Positions 46,901 through 61,900 of a stretch of 64,000 nt of DNA are shown piece by piece (the first letter of the stretch is position 1; each line of letters starts with the position of its first letter). Source of the DNA: the human T2T-CHM13v2.0 reference genome, Homo sapiens. The DNA is taken from NCBI RefSeq assembly GCF_009914755.1, contig NC_060926.1, one strand, 5' to 3'. The notes below the pieces were generated by a model, which was given only the letters and a program-made list of their open reading frames with translations, ran no database searches and had not been told where the DNA came from. A program made the translations under genes and the position numbers.

Positions 46901-49900
46901 GAATGACATCGAATGGAATCCTCATCCAATGGAATCAAAGGGAATCAATATCGAATGGAATCGAAAGCAATCACTGAATGGACTTGAATACAATCATCAA
47001 ATGGATTTGAAGGGAATCCTCATTGAATGGAATAGAACAAAAACATTGAATGGACACGAATGGAATCATCATCAAATGGAATCAAATGGAGTCATCAAAT
47101 GGACTCGAATGGAATCGTCATCCAAAGGGATCATCATCAAATGGAATCGAATGGAGTCATCGAATGGACACGAATGAATGAACAAATGGACTCGAATGGA
47201 AACATCAAATAGAATCGAATGGAATCATCGAAAGCAATTGAATGGAATTATTGAATGGACTCGAATGGAATCATCTAATGGACACGAATGGAATAATGCT
47301 AAAATGGAATCGAATGGAATCATCAAAATGACTCGAATGAATGGAATCATCTAATGGACACCAATGGAATCATCGAATGGACTCAAATGGAATCATCATC
47401 AAATGGAATCGAATGGAATCATCGAATGGACTCGAATGGAATCATCAAATGGAATCAAACCGAATCGTCATCGAATGGAATCGAATGGAATCATCGAATG
47501 GAATTGAAGGCAATCATCATCGAATGGAATCGAATGGAATCATCATCAAATGGAATCAAGCGGAAGGAATCATCAAATGGAATCATTGTTGAATGGAATG
47601 GAATGGAATCATTGAATGGAATTGAATGGGATCACCAATGAACGGAATCTAATGGAATCATCTTCTAATGGAATCGAAAGGAATCATCAAATACACTCGA
47701 ATGGAATCATCATCGAATGGAATCGTGTGGAATCGTCGAATGAACTGGAAATGAATCATAATCAAATGCAATTAAAATGAATCATCATCGAAAGGAATCA
47801 CATGGAATCATCATCGAATGGAATCATACGGAAACATCACAGAATGGAATTGAATGGAATCATCAGTTGGACTCGAATGGAGTCATCAAATGTACTCGAA
47901 GGGACGCGTCAAATGGACTCGAACGGAATCATCATCGAATGGAATCGAATGGGATCATCGAAAGGACTCGAATCAAATCTTCAAAAGGACTCAAAGGGAA
48001 TCATTGTAGAATGGAAATGAATAGACTCATCAGACAGCCTCGAATGGAAGCATCATTGAATGGAATTGATTGGAAACATCGAATTCACTCGAATGGAATC
48101 ATCATCTGATGGAATTGAATGGAATCATCGAATGGACACAAATGGAATCATCATCAAGTGGAATCCATTGGAACGATCGAATGGAATCGCATGGAATTAT
48201 CAAATGGAATCGAATGGAATCATCTTTGAATGGAATCAAATGGAATCATCGAATGGAATTGAATGCAATCATCATTGAATGGAATCGAATGGAATCATCG
48301 AATGGTATCCAAAGGAATCAGCATTGAATGCCCTCGCATGGAATCATCATCAAATAGAGTAGAAAGGAATCATTGAATGGACTCGAATGGAACCATCATT
48401 GAATGGAATCACCAAATGGAATCAAATGGAATAATCATCAAATGAAATCAAATGGAATCATCAAATGGAATCGAATGGAATCATCACTGAATGGATTCGA
48501 ATAGAATCTTTGAATGAAATTGAAAGTTATCAGCATGAAATGGAATCTAAAGGAATCATAGAATGGTATCGAATGGAATCATCATCGAATGGAATGGAAT
48601 GGAATGGAATGGAATAGAATGGAATCAGCATCGAATGGAATCAAAAGCAATCATTCAATGGACTCTAATAGAATCATCGAATAGACTTGAATGTAATCAT
48701 CATCGAATGGAGAAGAATGGAATCATCCAATGGACACGAATGGAATCATCATCGAATGGACTCGATTGCAAACATCATTGAATGGAATGAAATGGAATCA
48801 TCATGGAGTGGAATTGAATGGAATCATCGAATGGACTCGAAAGGAATTATGCTCGAATGGAATCTAATGGAATCATCAAGTGGACTCAAATGGAATCATC
48901 ATCGAATGAAATCGTATGGAATCATCGAATGCAACTGAATGGAATCATTGAATGGACTTGAAAGGAATTATTATGGAATGGAATTGAATGGAATCATTGA
49001 ATGGACTTTAAAGGAATCATCATCAAGTGGAATCGAATGGAATCAATGAATGGACTCGAATTGAATCTTTGAATGGAATCGAATGGAATCATCATGGAAT
49101 GGAGTCAAATGGAATCATCATCAAATGGAATTGAATGGAATCTTCATTGAATGGACTCGAATGGAATCATCATCAAATGGAATCTAATCGAATCATCAAT
49201 GAAGGGAATCGAATGGAATCATCATCGAATGGAATCGAATGGAATCATCAACAAGTGGAAACGAATGAAATCATCGAATGGAATCCAATGGTGTCATCGA
49301 ATGGACACGAAAGGAATCATCGAATGGAATCAAATGGAATCACCATCGAATGGAATCCAATGGAATCACCATCGAATGGAATGTTATGAAATCATCTCAT
49401 GGACTCGAAGGGAATCATCATCAAATGGAATCGAATGTAATCATTGAATGAAATGGAAAGGAATCACCATCGAATGGAATGTTATGGAATCTTCTAATGG
49501 ACTCGAAGGGAATCATCATCGAATGGAATCGAATGGAATCATTGAATGCAATTGAATGGAATCATCATCAAATGGAATCGAATGGAATCATCGAATGGAA
49601 TCTGAATGGAATCATCAATGAATGAAATCAAATGGAATCATCTAATGGACGTGAATGGAATCATCATCGAAAGCAATGAAATGTAATTCAATCGAATGGA
49701 CATGAATGGAATCATCATTGAATGGAATCAAATGGAATCCTCATCGAATGGAATAGAATGGAATCATCAAATGGAATAGAATGGAGTCATCGTCGAATGT
49801 AATCGAACGTAATCATCGAATGGCATTGAATGGAATCATCGACTGGAAAAGAATGGAATCATCATCGAATGGAAATGAATAGAATCACAGAATGAAATCG

Positions 49901-52900
49901 AATGGAATCATCATCGAATGGAGTCTAATGGAATAATCATGGAATGGAATAGAATGGAATCATCGAGTGGACACGAATGGAATCATCATTGAATGGAATC
50001 GAATAGAATCATCAAATGGACTTGAATGGAAACAACATCGAATGGAATCGAATTTAGTCATTGAATTGCATTGAGTGGAATCATCATTGAATGGAATCTA
50101 AGGAAATCATCGAATGGACTCGAGTGGAATCATCGAATGGACTCGAGGGGAATCATCATCGAATGGAATCGACTGTAATCATCGACTGGACTCGAATGGA
50201 ATCATCATTGAATGGAATCGAATGGAATCAACGAATGGACTCGAATAAAATCATCATCGAATGGAATCGAATGGAATCAAAGAATGGATTCTAATGGAGT
50301 CATCATCAAATGGAATCTAATGGAATCATCTAATGGACCTGAAAGGAATCATCATTGAATGGAATCGAATGGAATCATCGAACGGACTCGAATGGAATCA
50401 TCATCGAATGGAATCTAATGGAATCATTGAATGGACTCGAATGGAATAATCGAATGGGCTTGAGTGGAATCATCATCAAATGGACTCGAATGGAATCATC
50501 GTCAAATGGAATCGAATGGAATCATCATCAAAGGGAATCGAATGGAATCCTCATCGAATGGAATCGAACGGAATCATCATGGAATGGAATCACCAAATTG
50601 AATCGAATGGAATGATCGTCAAAGACAATCGAAGGGAAACATCCAATGGGATTGAACGGAGTCATCGAATGGAATCGATAGGAATCATCGAATGGATTCA
50701 AATGGAATCATCATCGAATGGAAACGAACGGAATCATCGAATGGACACGAATGGAATCATCATCAAATAGGATTGAATGGAATCATCAAATGGCATCGAA
50801 TGGAATCACCATTGAATGGAATCGAATGGAATCATCGAATGGCATCGAATGGAATCATCATCGAATAAAATCAAATGGAATAATCGAATGTACTCGAATG
50901 GAATCATCAAATGGATTTGAGAGGAATCATCATCGAATGGAATTGAACAGAATCATCAAATGGACTCGAATGGAATCCTCATTGAATGGAATCGAATGGA
51001 ATCATTGAATGGAGTCGAATGGAATCATCAGCAAATGGAATCGAATGGAATCATTGAATAGCAACGAATGGAATCATCATCGAATGGAGTCGAATGGAAT
51101 CATCAAATGAACTCGAATGCAATCATCATAGAATGGAATCGAATGGAATCTTTGAATGGACCTGAATGGAATCATCATCGAATGCAAACGAATGGAATCA
51201 TCATCAAATGGAATCACATGGAATCATCAAATGGAAAAGAATTGAATAATCATAGAAAGGAATTGAATAGAATCATCGAATGAAACCGAATGGAATCATC
51301 ATCGAATGGAATCGAATGGAATCATCATCGAATGCAATTGAATGGAATCATCATCGAATGGAATCGAATGGAATCATCAACGAATGGAATTCAAAGGAAT
51401 CATCATCGAATGGAACCAAATAGAATCATCAAATGGTCTCGAAAGGAATCATCGAATGGACTCGAATGGAGTTGTCATCGAATGGAGTCAAATGGAATCA
51501 TCGAACAGAATTGAATCGAATCATCATTGAATGAAATCAAATGGAATCATCGAATGGACTCGAATGGAAGCAATATCAAATGGAATCGAAAGGAATCATG
51601 GAATGCATTCAAAGGGAATAATCAAATGGACTCAAATGGAATCAACATCAAGTGGAATCGAAAGGAATCATCGAATGGACCGGAATGGAATCATCATCGA
51701 ATGGAATCGAATGGAATCATCGAATGGACTTGAATGGAATCACTATCTAATGGAACCGAATGGAATCATCATGGAATGGAACCGGAAGGAGTCATCATCA
51801 AATGGAATCCAATGAAATCATTGAATGGACTCGAATGGAATCATCATCAACTGGAATTGAATGGAATCATCGAACGGGCTCCAGTGGAATCATCGGAGAA
51901 TGGAATCAAATGGAATTATCAAACGGACTCGAATGGAATAAACTTTGAATGGAATCGAAAGGAATCATCAAATGGAATCGAATGCAATCATCGAACAGAA
52001 TCGAATGGCATCACCGAATGGAATCCAATGGAATCACAATTGAATGGACTCGAATGGAATCATCATTGAATGGAATCGAATTGAATCGTCGAATGGACTC
52101 GAATGGAATCATCATCGATTGGAATCAAATGGAATCATCGAATGGAATCGAAAGGAATCATCATCAACTGTAATGAACTGGAATCACTGAATGATATCGA
52201 ATGGAATCGTCATCAAAAATAATCGAATAGAATAATCAAATGGAATCAAATGCAATCAACATCAAATGGAATCGAATGGAATCCTAGAATGACATCGAAT
52301 GGAATCCTCATCGAATGGAATCAAAGGGAATCAATATCGAATGGAATCGAAAGCAATCACTGAAAGGACTTGAATACAATCATCAAATGGATTTGAAGGG
52401 AATCCTCATTGAATGGAATAGACCAAAAACATTGAATGGACACGAATGGAATCATCATCGAATGGAATCAAACGGAGTCATCAAATGGACTCGAATGGAA
52501 TCATCATCCAATGGGATCATCATCAAATGGAATCGAATGGAGTCATCGAATGGACACGAATGAATGAACAAATGGACTCGAATGGAAACATCAAATAGAA
52601 TCGAATGGAATCATCGAAAGGAATTGAATGGAATTATTGAATGGACTCGAATGGAATCATCTAATGGACACGAATGGAATAATCATAAAATGGAATCGAA
52701 TGGAATCATCAAATGGACTCGAATGAATGGAATTATTGAATGGACTCGAATGGAATCATCGAATGGACTCAAATGGAATCATCATCAAATGGAATCGAAT
52801 GGAATCATCGAATGGACTCGAATGGAATCATCAAATGGAATCAAACCGAATCGTCATCGAATGGAATCGAATGGAATCATCGAATGGAATTGAAGGCAAT

Positions 52901-55900
52901 CATCATCGAATGGAATCGAATGGAATCATCATCAAATGGAATCAAGCGGAAGGAATCATCAAATGGAATCAAATGGAATCATTGTTGAATGGAATGGAAT
53001 GGAATCATTGAATGGAATTGAATGGGATCACCAATGAACGGAATCAAATGGAATCATCTTCTAATGGAATCGAAAGGAATCATCAAATACACTCGAATGG
53101 AATCATCATCGAATTGAATCGTGTGGAATCGTCGAATGAACTGGAAATGAATCATAATCAAATGCAATTCAAATGAATCATCATCGAAAGGAATCACATG
53201 GAATCATCATCGAATGGAATCATAGGGAAACATCACAGAATGGAATTGAATGGAATCATCAGTTGGACTCGAATGGAATCATCAAATGTACTCGAAGGGA
53301 CACGTCAAATGGACTCGAACGGAATCATCATCGAATGGAATCGAATGGGATCATCGAAAGGACTCGAATCAAATCTTCAAAAGGACTCAAAGGGAATCAT
53401 TGTAGAATGGAAATGAATAGAGTCATCAGACAGCCTCGAATGGAAACATCATTGAATGGAATTGATTAGAAACATCGAATTCGCTCGAATGGAATCATCA
53501 TCTGATGGAATTGAATGGAATCATCGAATGGACACAAATGGAATCATCATCAAATGGAATCCATTGGAATGATCGAATGGAATCGCATGGAATTATCAAA
53601 TGGAATCGAATGGAATCATCTTTGAATGGAATCAAATGGAATCATCGAATGGAATCGAATGCAATCATCATTGAATGGAATCGAATGGAATCATCGAATG
53701 GTATCCAAAGGAATCACCATTGAATGCCCTCGCATGGAATCATCATCATATAGAGTAGAAAGGAATCATTGAATGGACTCGAATGGAACCATCATTGAAT
53801 GGAATCACCAAATGGAATCAAATGGAATCATCATCAAATGAAATCAAACGGAATCATCAAATGGAATCGAATGGAATCATCATTGAATGGATTCGAATAG
53901 AATCTTTGAATGAAATTGAATGGATCAGCATGAAATGGAATCTAAAGGAATCATAGAATGGTATCGAATGGAATCATCATCGAATGGAATGGAATGGAAT
54001 GGAATGGAATGGAATAGAATCAGCATCGAATGGAATCAAAAGCAATCATTCAATGGACTCTAATAGAATCATCGAATAGACTTGAATGTAATCATCATCG
54101 AATGGAGAAGAATGGAATCATCCAATGGACACGAATGGAATCATCATCGAATGGAATCGAATGGAATCATATAATGGACCCGAATGGAATCATCATTGAA
54201 TGGAATTGAATGGAATCGTCATCGAATGGAATCGTATGGAATCATCTAATGGACCCGAATGAATCATCGTCGAATTGAATAGAATGCAATCATCATCAAA
54301 TGGAATCGAATGGAATCATCATCAAATAGAATCGAATGGAATCATCAAATGCAATCGAATGAAATCATAGAATGGAATCCCATGGAATCAACATCGAATG
54401 GAATCGATTGGAATCATTATCAAATAGAATTGAATGGAATCACTGAATGGAATCATCATCAAATGGACTCCAACGGAATCATCGAATTGACTCTAATGGA
54501 ATCATCACTGAATGGAATAGAATGGAATAATCGAATGGAAACGAATGGAATCATCATCGAATGGAATCGAATGGTATCATCAAATGCACTTGAATGGAAT
54601 CATCAATGAATGGAATCGAATGGTATAATCGAATGGAATCAAATGGAATCATCTTTGAGTGGAACCTAAAGGATTCGCCAAATGGACTCCAATGGAATAA
54701 TCATTGTATGGAATCGAGTGGAATCATCGAATGTACTCGAATGGAATCATCGAATGTACTCGAATGGAATCATCGAATGGAATCGAATGGAATCATGGTC
54801 GAACGGAAAAGAATGGAATCATCAAGTGGACACGAATGGAATCAATATCTAATGGAATGGAATGGAATCATCAAATGGAATGGAATGGAATCATCATCGA
54901 ATGGAATAAAATGGAATCATCAAATGGAATCAAATGGAATCATCAATGAATGGAATTGAATGGTATCATGGAATGGAATTGAATGGAATCGTCTTTGAGT
55001 GGAATCTAAAGGAATCACCGAATCGACTCCAATCATCGGATGGAATCGAGTGGAATCATCGAATGTAGTCGAATGCAATCATCATCGAATGGAATTGAAT
55101 GGAATCAACGAATGGAATACAAAGGAATCATAGAATGGACTCGAATGCAATCATCATTGAATGGAATGAAATGGAATCATCATGGAATGGAATTGAATGG
55201 AATCATCGAATGGACTCGGAAGGAATTATGTTCGAATGGAATCTAATGGAATCATCAAATGGACTCAAATGGAATCATCATCGAATGAAATCGTATGGAA
55301 TCATCGAATGCAACTGAATGGAATCATTGAATGGACTTGAAAGGAATTATTATGGAATGGAATTGAATGGAATCATTGAATGGACTTGAAAGGAATCGTC
55401 ATCAAGTGGAATCGAATGCAATCATTGAATGGACTCGAATTGAATCTTTGAATGGAATCGAATGGAATCATCATTGAATGGATTCAAATGGAATCATCAT
55501 CAAATGGAATCGAATGGAATCATCGAATGGACTCGAATGGAATCCTCACATGGAATCAACCCGAATCGTCATCGAATGGAATCGAATGGAATCATCAAAT
55601 GGAATTGAAGGCAATCATCATCGAATGGAATCGAATGGAATCATCATCAAATGGAATCAAGCGGAAGGAATCATCAAATGGAATCAAATGGAATCATTGT
55701 TGAATGGAATGGAATGGAATCATTGAATGGAATTGAATGGGATCACCAATGAACGGAATCAAATGGAATCATCTTCTAATGGAATCGAAAGGAATCATCA
55801 AATACACTCGAATGGAATCATCATCGAATGGAATCGTGTGGAATCGTCGAATGAACTGGAAATGAATCCTAATCAAATGCAATTAAAATGAATCATCATC

Positions 55901-58900
55901 GAAAGGAATCACATGGAATCATCATCGAATGGAATCATACGGAAACATCACAGAATGGAATTGAATGGAATCATCAGTTGGACTCGAATGGACTCATCAA
56001 ATGTACTCGAAGGGACGCGTCAAATGGACTCGAACGGAATCATCATCGAATGGAATCGAATGGGATCATCGAAAGGACTCGAATCAAATCTTCAAAAGGA
56101 CTCAAAGGGAATCATTGTAGAATGGAAATGAATAGAGTCATCAGACAGCCTCGAATGGAAGCATCATTGAATGGAATTGATTGAAAACATCGAATTCACT
56201 CGAATGGAATCATCATCTGATGGAATTGAATGGAATCATCGAATGGACACAAATGGAATCATCATCAAACGGAATCCATTGGAACGATCGAATGGAATCC
56301 CATGGAATTATCAAATGGAATCGAATGGAATCATCTTTGAATGGAATCAAATGGAATCATCCAATGGAATCGAATGCAATCATCATTGAATGGAATCGAA
56401 TGGAATCATCGAATGGTATCCAAAGGAATCACCATTGAATGCCCTCGCATGGAATCATCATCAAAGAGAGTAGAAAGGAATCATTGAATGGACTCGAATG
56501 GAACCATCATTGAATGGAATCACCAAATGGAATCAAATGGAATCATCATCAAATGAAATGAAATGGAATCATCAAATGGAATCGAATGGAATCATCATTG
56601 AATGGATTCGAATAGAATCTTTGAATGAAATTGAATGGAATCAGCATGAAATGGAATCTAAAGGAATCATAGAATGGTATCGAATGGAATCATCATCGAA
56701 TGGAATGGAATGGAATGGAATGGAATAGAATGGAATCAGCATCGAATGGAATCAAAAGCAATCATTCAATGGACTCTAATAGAATCATCGAATAGACTTG
56801 AATGTAATCCTCATCGAATGGAGGAGAATGGAATCATCCAATGGACACGAATGGAATCATCATCGAATGAACTCGAATGCAATCATCATTGAATGGAATG
56901 AAATGGAATCATCATGGAATGGAATTGAATGGAATAATCAAATGGACTCGAAAGGAATTATGCGCGAATGGAATCTAACGGAATCATCAAATGGACTCAA
57001 ATGGAATCATCATCGAATGAAATCGTATGGAATCATCGAATGCAACTGAATGGAATCATTGAATGGACTTGAAAGGAATTATTATGGAATGGAATTGAAT
57101 GGAATCATTGAATGGACTTGAAAGGAATCATCATCAAGTGGAATCGAATGGAATCACTGAATGGACTCGAATTGAATCTTTGAATGGAATCGAATGGAAT
57201 CATCATTGAATGGAGTCAAATGGAATCATCATCAAATGGAATTGAATGGAAACTTCATTGAATGGACTCGAATGGAATCATCATCAAATGGAATCTAATC
57301 GAATCATCAATGAAGGGAATCGAATGGAATCATCATAGAATGGAATCGAATGGAATCATCAACAAGTGGAAACGAATGAAATCATCGAATGGAATCCAAT
57401 GGTGTCATCGAATGGACACGAAAGGAATCATCGAATGGAATCAAATGGAATCACCATCGAATGGAATCAAATGGAATCACCATCGAATGGAATGTTATGG
57501 AAATATCTCATGGACTCAAAGGGAATCATCATCGAATGGAATCGAATGGAATCATTGAATGAAATGGAAAGGAATCACCATCGAATGGAATGTTATGGAA
57601 TCTTCTAATGGACTCGAAGGGAATCATCATCGAATGGAATCGAATGGAATCATTGAATGCAATTGAATGGAATCATCATCAAATGGAATCGAATGGAATC
57701 ATCAATGAATGGAATCAAATGGAATCATCTAATGGACGTGAATGGAATCATCATCGAAAGCAATGAAATGTAATTCAATCGAATGGACATGAATGGAATC
57801 ATCATTGAATGGAATCAAATGGAATCCTCATCGAATGGAATCGAATGGAATCATCAAATGGAATAGAATGGAGTCATCGTCGAAAGTAATGGAATGTAAT
57901 CATCGAATGGCATCGAATGGAATCATCGACTGGCAAAGAATGGAATCCTCATCGAATGGAAATGAATAGAATCACAGAATGAAATCGAATGGAATCATCA
58001 TCGAATGGAGTCTAATGGAATAATCATCAAATGGAATAGAATGGAATCATCGAGTGGACACGAATGGAATCATCATTGAATGGAATCGAATAGAATAATC
58101 AAATCGACTTGAATGGAAACAACATCGAATGGAATCGAAATTAGTCATTGAATTGCATTGAATGGAATCATCATTGAATGGAATCTAAGGAAATTATCGA
58201 ATGGAGTCGAGTGGAATCATCGAATGGACTCGAGGGGAATCATCATCGAATGGAATCGACTGTAATCATCGATTGGACTCGAATGGAATCATCATTGAAT
58301 GGAATCGAATGGAATCAACGAATGGACTCGAATAGAATCATCATCAAATGGAATCGAATGGAATCAAAGAATGGATTCTAATGGAGTCATCATCAAATGG
58401 AATCTAATGGAATCATCTAATGGACCTGAAAGGAATCATCATTGAATGGAATCGAATGGAATCATCGAATGGACTCGAATGGAATCATCATCGAATGGAA
58501 TCTAATGGAATCATTGAATGGACTCGAATGGAATAATCGAATGGGCTTGAGTGGAATCATCATCAAATGGAATCGAATGGAATCATCAAATGGACTCGAA
58601 TGGAATCATCGTCAAATGGAATCGAATGGAATCATCATCAAAGGGAATCGAATGGAATCCTCATCGAATGGAATCGAACGGAATCATCATCGAATGGAAT
58701 CACCAAATTGAATCGAATGGAATGATCGTCAAAGACAATCGAAGGGAAACATCGAATGGGATTGAACGGAGTCATCGAATGGAATCGATAGGAATCATCG
58801 AATGGATTCAAATGGAATCATCATCGAATGGAAACGAACGGAATCATCGAATGGACATGAATGGAATCATCATCAAATAGGATTGAATGGAAACATCAAA

Positions 58901-61900
58901 TGGCATCGAATGGAATCACCATGGAATGGAATCGAATGGAATCATCGAATGGCATCGAATGGAATCATCATCGAATAAAATCAAATGGAATAATCGAATG
59001 TACTCGAATGGAATCATCAAATGGATTTGAGAGGAATCATCATCGAATGGAATTGAACAGAATCATCAAATGGACTCGAATGGAATCCTCATTGAATGGA
59101 ATCGAATGGAATCATTGAATGGAGTCGAATGGAATCATCAGCAAATGGAATCGAATGGAATCATTGAATATCAACGAATGGAATCATCATCGAATGGAGT
59201 CGAATGGAATCATCAAATGAACTCGAATGCAATCATCATAGAATGGAATCGAATGGAATCTTCGAATGGACCTGAATGGAATCATCATCGAATGCAAACG
59301 AATGGAATCATCATCAAATGGAATCACATGGAATCATCAAATGGAAAAGAATTGAATAATCATAGAAAGGAATTGAATAGAATCATCGAATGAAACCGAA
59401 TGGAATCATCATCGAATGGAATCGAATGGAATCATCAACGAATGGAATTCAAAGGAATCATCATCGAATGGAACCAAATAGAATCATCAAATGGACTCGA
59501 AAGGAATCATCGAATGGACTCGAATGGAGTTGTCATCGAATGGAATCAAATGGAATCATCGAACGGAATTGAATCGAATCATCATTGAATGAAATCAAAT
59601 GGAATCATCGAATGGATACGAATGGAGGCAATATCAAATGGAATCGAAAGGAATCATGGAATGCATTCAAAGGGAATAATCAAATGGACTCAAATGGAAT
59701 CAACATCAAGTGGAATCGAAAGGAATCATCGAATGGACCGGAATGGAATCATCATCGAATGGAATCGAATGGATTCATCGAATGGACTTGAATGGAATCA
59801 CTATCTAATGGAACCGAATGGAATCATCATGGAATGGAACCGGAAGGAGTCATCATCAAATGGAATCCAATGAAATCATTGAATGGACTCGAATGGAATC
59901 ATCATCAACTGGAATTGAATGGAATCATCGAACGGACTCCAGTGGAATCATCGGAGAATGGAATCGAATGGAATTATCAAACGGACTCGAATGGAATAAA
60001 CTTTGAATGGAATCGAAGGGAATCATCAAATGGAATCGAATGCAATCATCGAACGGAATCGAATGGCATCACCGAATGGAATCCAATGGAATCACCATTG
60101 AATGGACTCGAATGGAATCATCATTGAATGGAATCGAAAGGAATCGTCGAATGGACTCGAATGGAGTCATCATCGATTGGAATCAAATGGAATCATCGAA
60201 TGGAATCGAAAGGAATCATCATCAACTGTAATGAACTGGAATCACTGAATGGAATCGAATGGAATCGTCATCGAAAATAATCGAATAGAATAATCAAATG
60301 GAATCGAATGCAATCAACATAAAATGGAATCGAATGGAATCCTAGAATGACATCGAATGGAATCCTCATCGAATGGAATCAAAGGGAATCAATATCGAAT
60401 AGAATCGAAAGCAATCACTGAATGGACTTGAATACAATCATCAAATGGATTTGAAGGGAATCCTCATTGAATGGAATAGAACAAAAACATTGAATGGACA
60501 CGAATGGAATCATCATCGAATGGAATCAAATGGAGTCATCAAATGTACTCGAATGGAATCATCATCAAATAGGATCATCATCAAATGGAATCGAATGGAG
60601 TCATCGAATGGACACGAATGAATGAACAAATGGACTCGAATGGAAACATCAAATAGAATCGAATGGAATCATCGAAAGGAATTGAATGGAATTATCGAAT
60701 GGACTCGAATGGAAACATCAAATAGAATCGAATGGAATCATCGAAAGGAATTGAATGGAATTATTGAATGGACAAGAATGGAATCATCTAATGGACACGA
60801 ATGGAATAATCATAAAATGGAATCGAATGGAATCATCAAATGGACTCGAATGAATGGAATCATTGAATGGACTCGAATGGAATCATCGAATGGACTCAAA
60901 TGGAATCATCATCAAATGGAATCGAATGGAATCATCGAATGGACTCGAATGGAATCATCCATTGGATTCAAACCGAATCGTCATCGAATGGAATCGAATG
61001 GAATCATCGAATGGAATTGAAGGCAATCATCATCGAATGGAATCGAATGGAATCATCATCAAATGGAATCAAGCAGAAGGAATCATCAAATGGAATCAAA
61101 TGGAATCATTGTTGAATGGAATGGAATGGAATCATTGAATGGAATTGAATGGGATCACCAATGAACGGAATCAAATGGAATCATCTTCTAATGGAATCGA
61201 AAGGAATCATCAAATACACTCGAATGGAATCATCATCGAATGGAATCGTGTGGAATCGTCGAATGAACTGGAAATGAATCATAATCAAATGCAATTAAAA
61301 TGAATCATCATCGAAAGGAATCACATGGAATCATCATCGAATGGAATCATACGGAAACATCACAGAATGGAATTGAATGGAATCATCAGTTGGACTCGAA
61401 TGGAGTCATCAAATGTACTCGAAGGGATGCGTCAAATGGACTCGAACGGAATCATCATCGAATGGAATCGAATGGGATCATCGAAAGGACTCGAATCAAA
61501 TCTTCAAAAGGACTCAAAGGGAATCATTGTAGAATGGAAATGAATAGAGTCATCAGACAGCCTCGAATGGAAGCATCATTGAATGGAATTGATTGGAAAC
61601 ATCGAAATCACTCGAATGGAATCATCATCTGATGGAATTGAATGGAATCATTGAATGGACACAAATGGAATCATCATCAAATGGAATCCATTGGAACGAT
61701 TGAATGCAATCGCATGGAATTATCAAATGGAATCGAATGGAATCATCTTTGAATGGAATCAAATGGAATCATCGAATGGAATTGAATGCAATCATCATTG
61801 AATGGAATCGAATGGAATCATCGAATGGTATCCAAAGGAATCACCATTGAATGCCCTCGCATGGAATCATCATGAAATAGAGTAGAAAGGAATCATTGAA

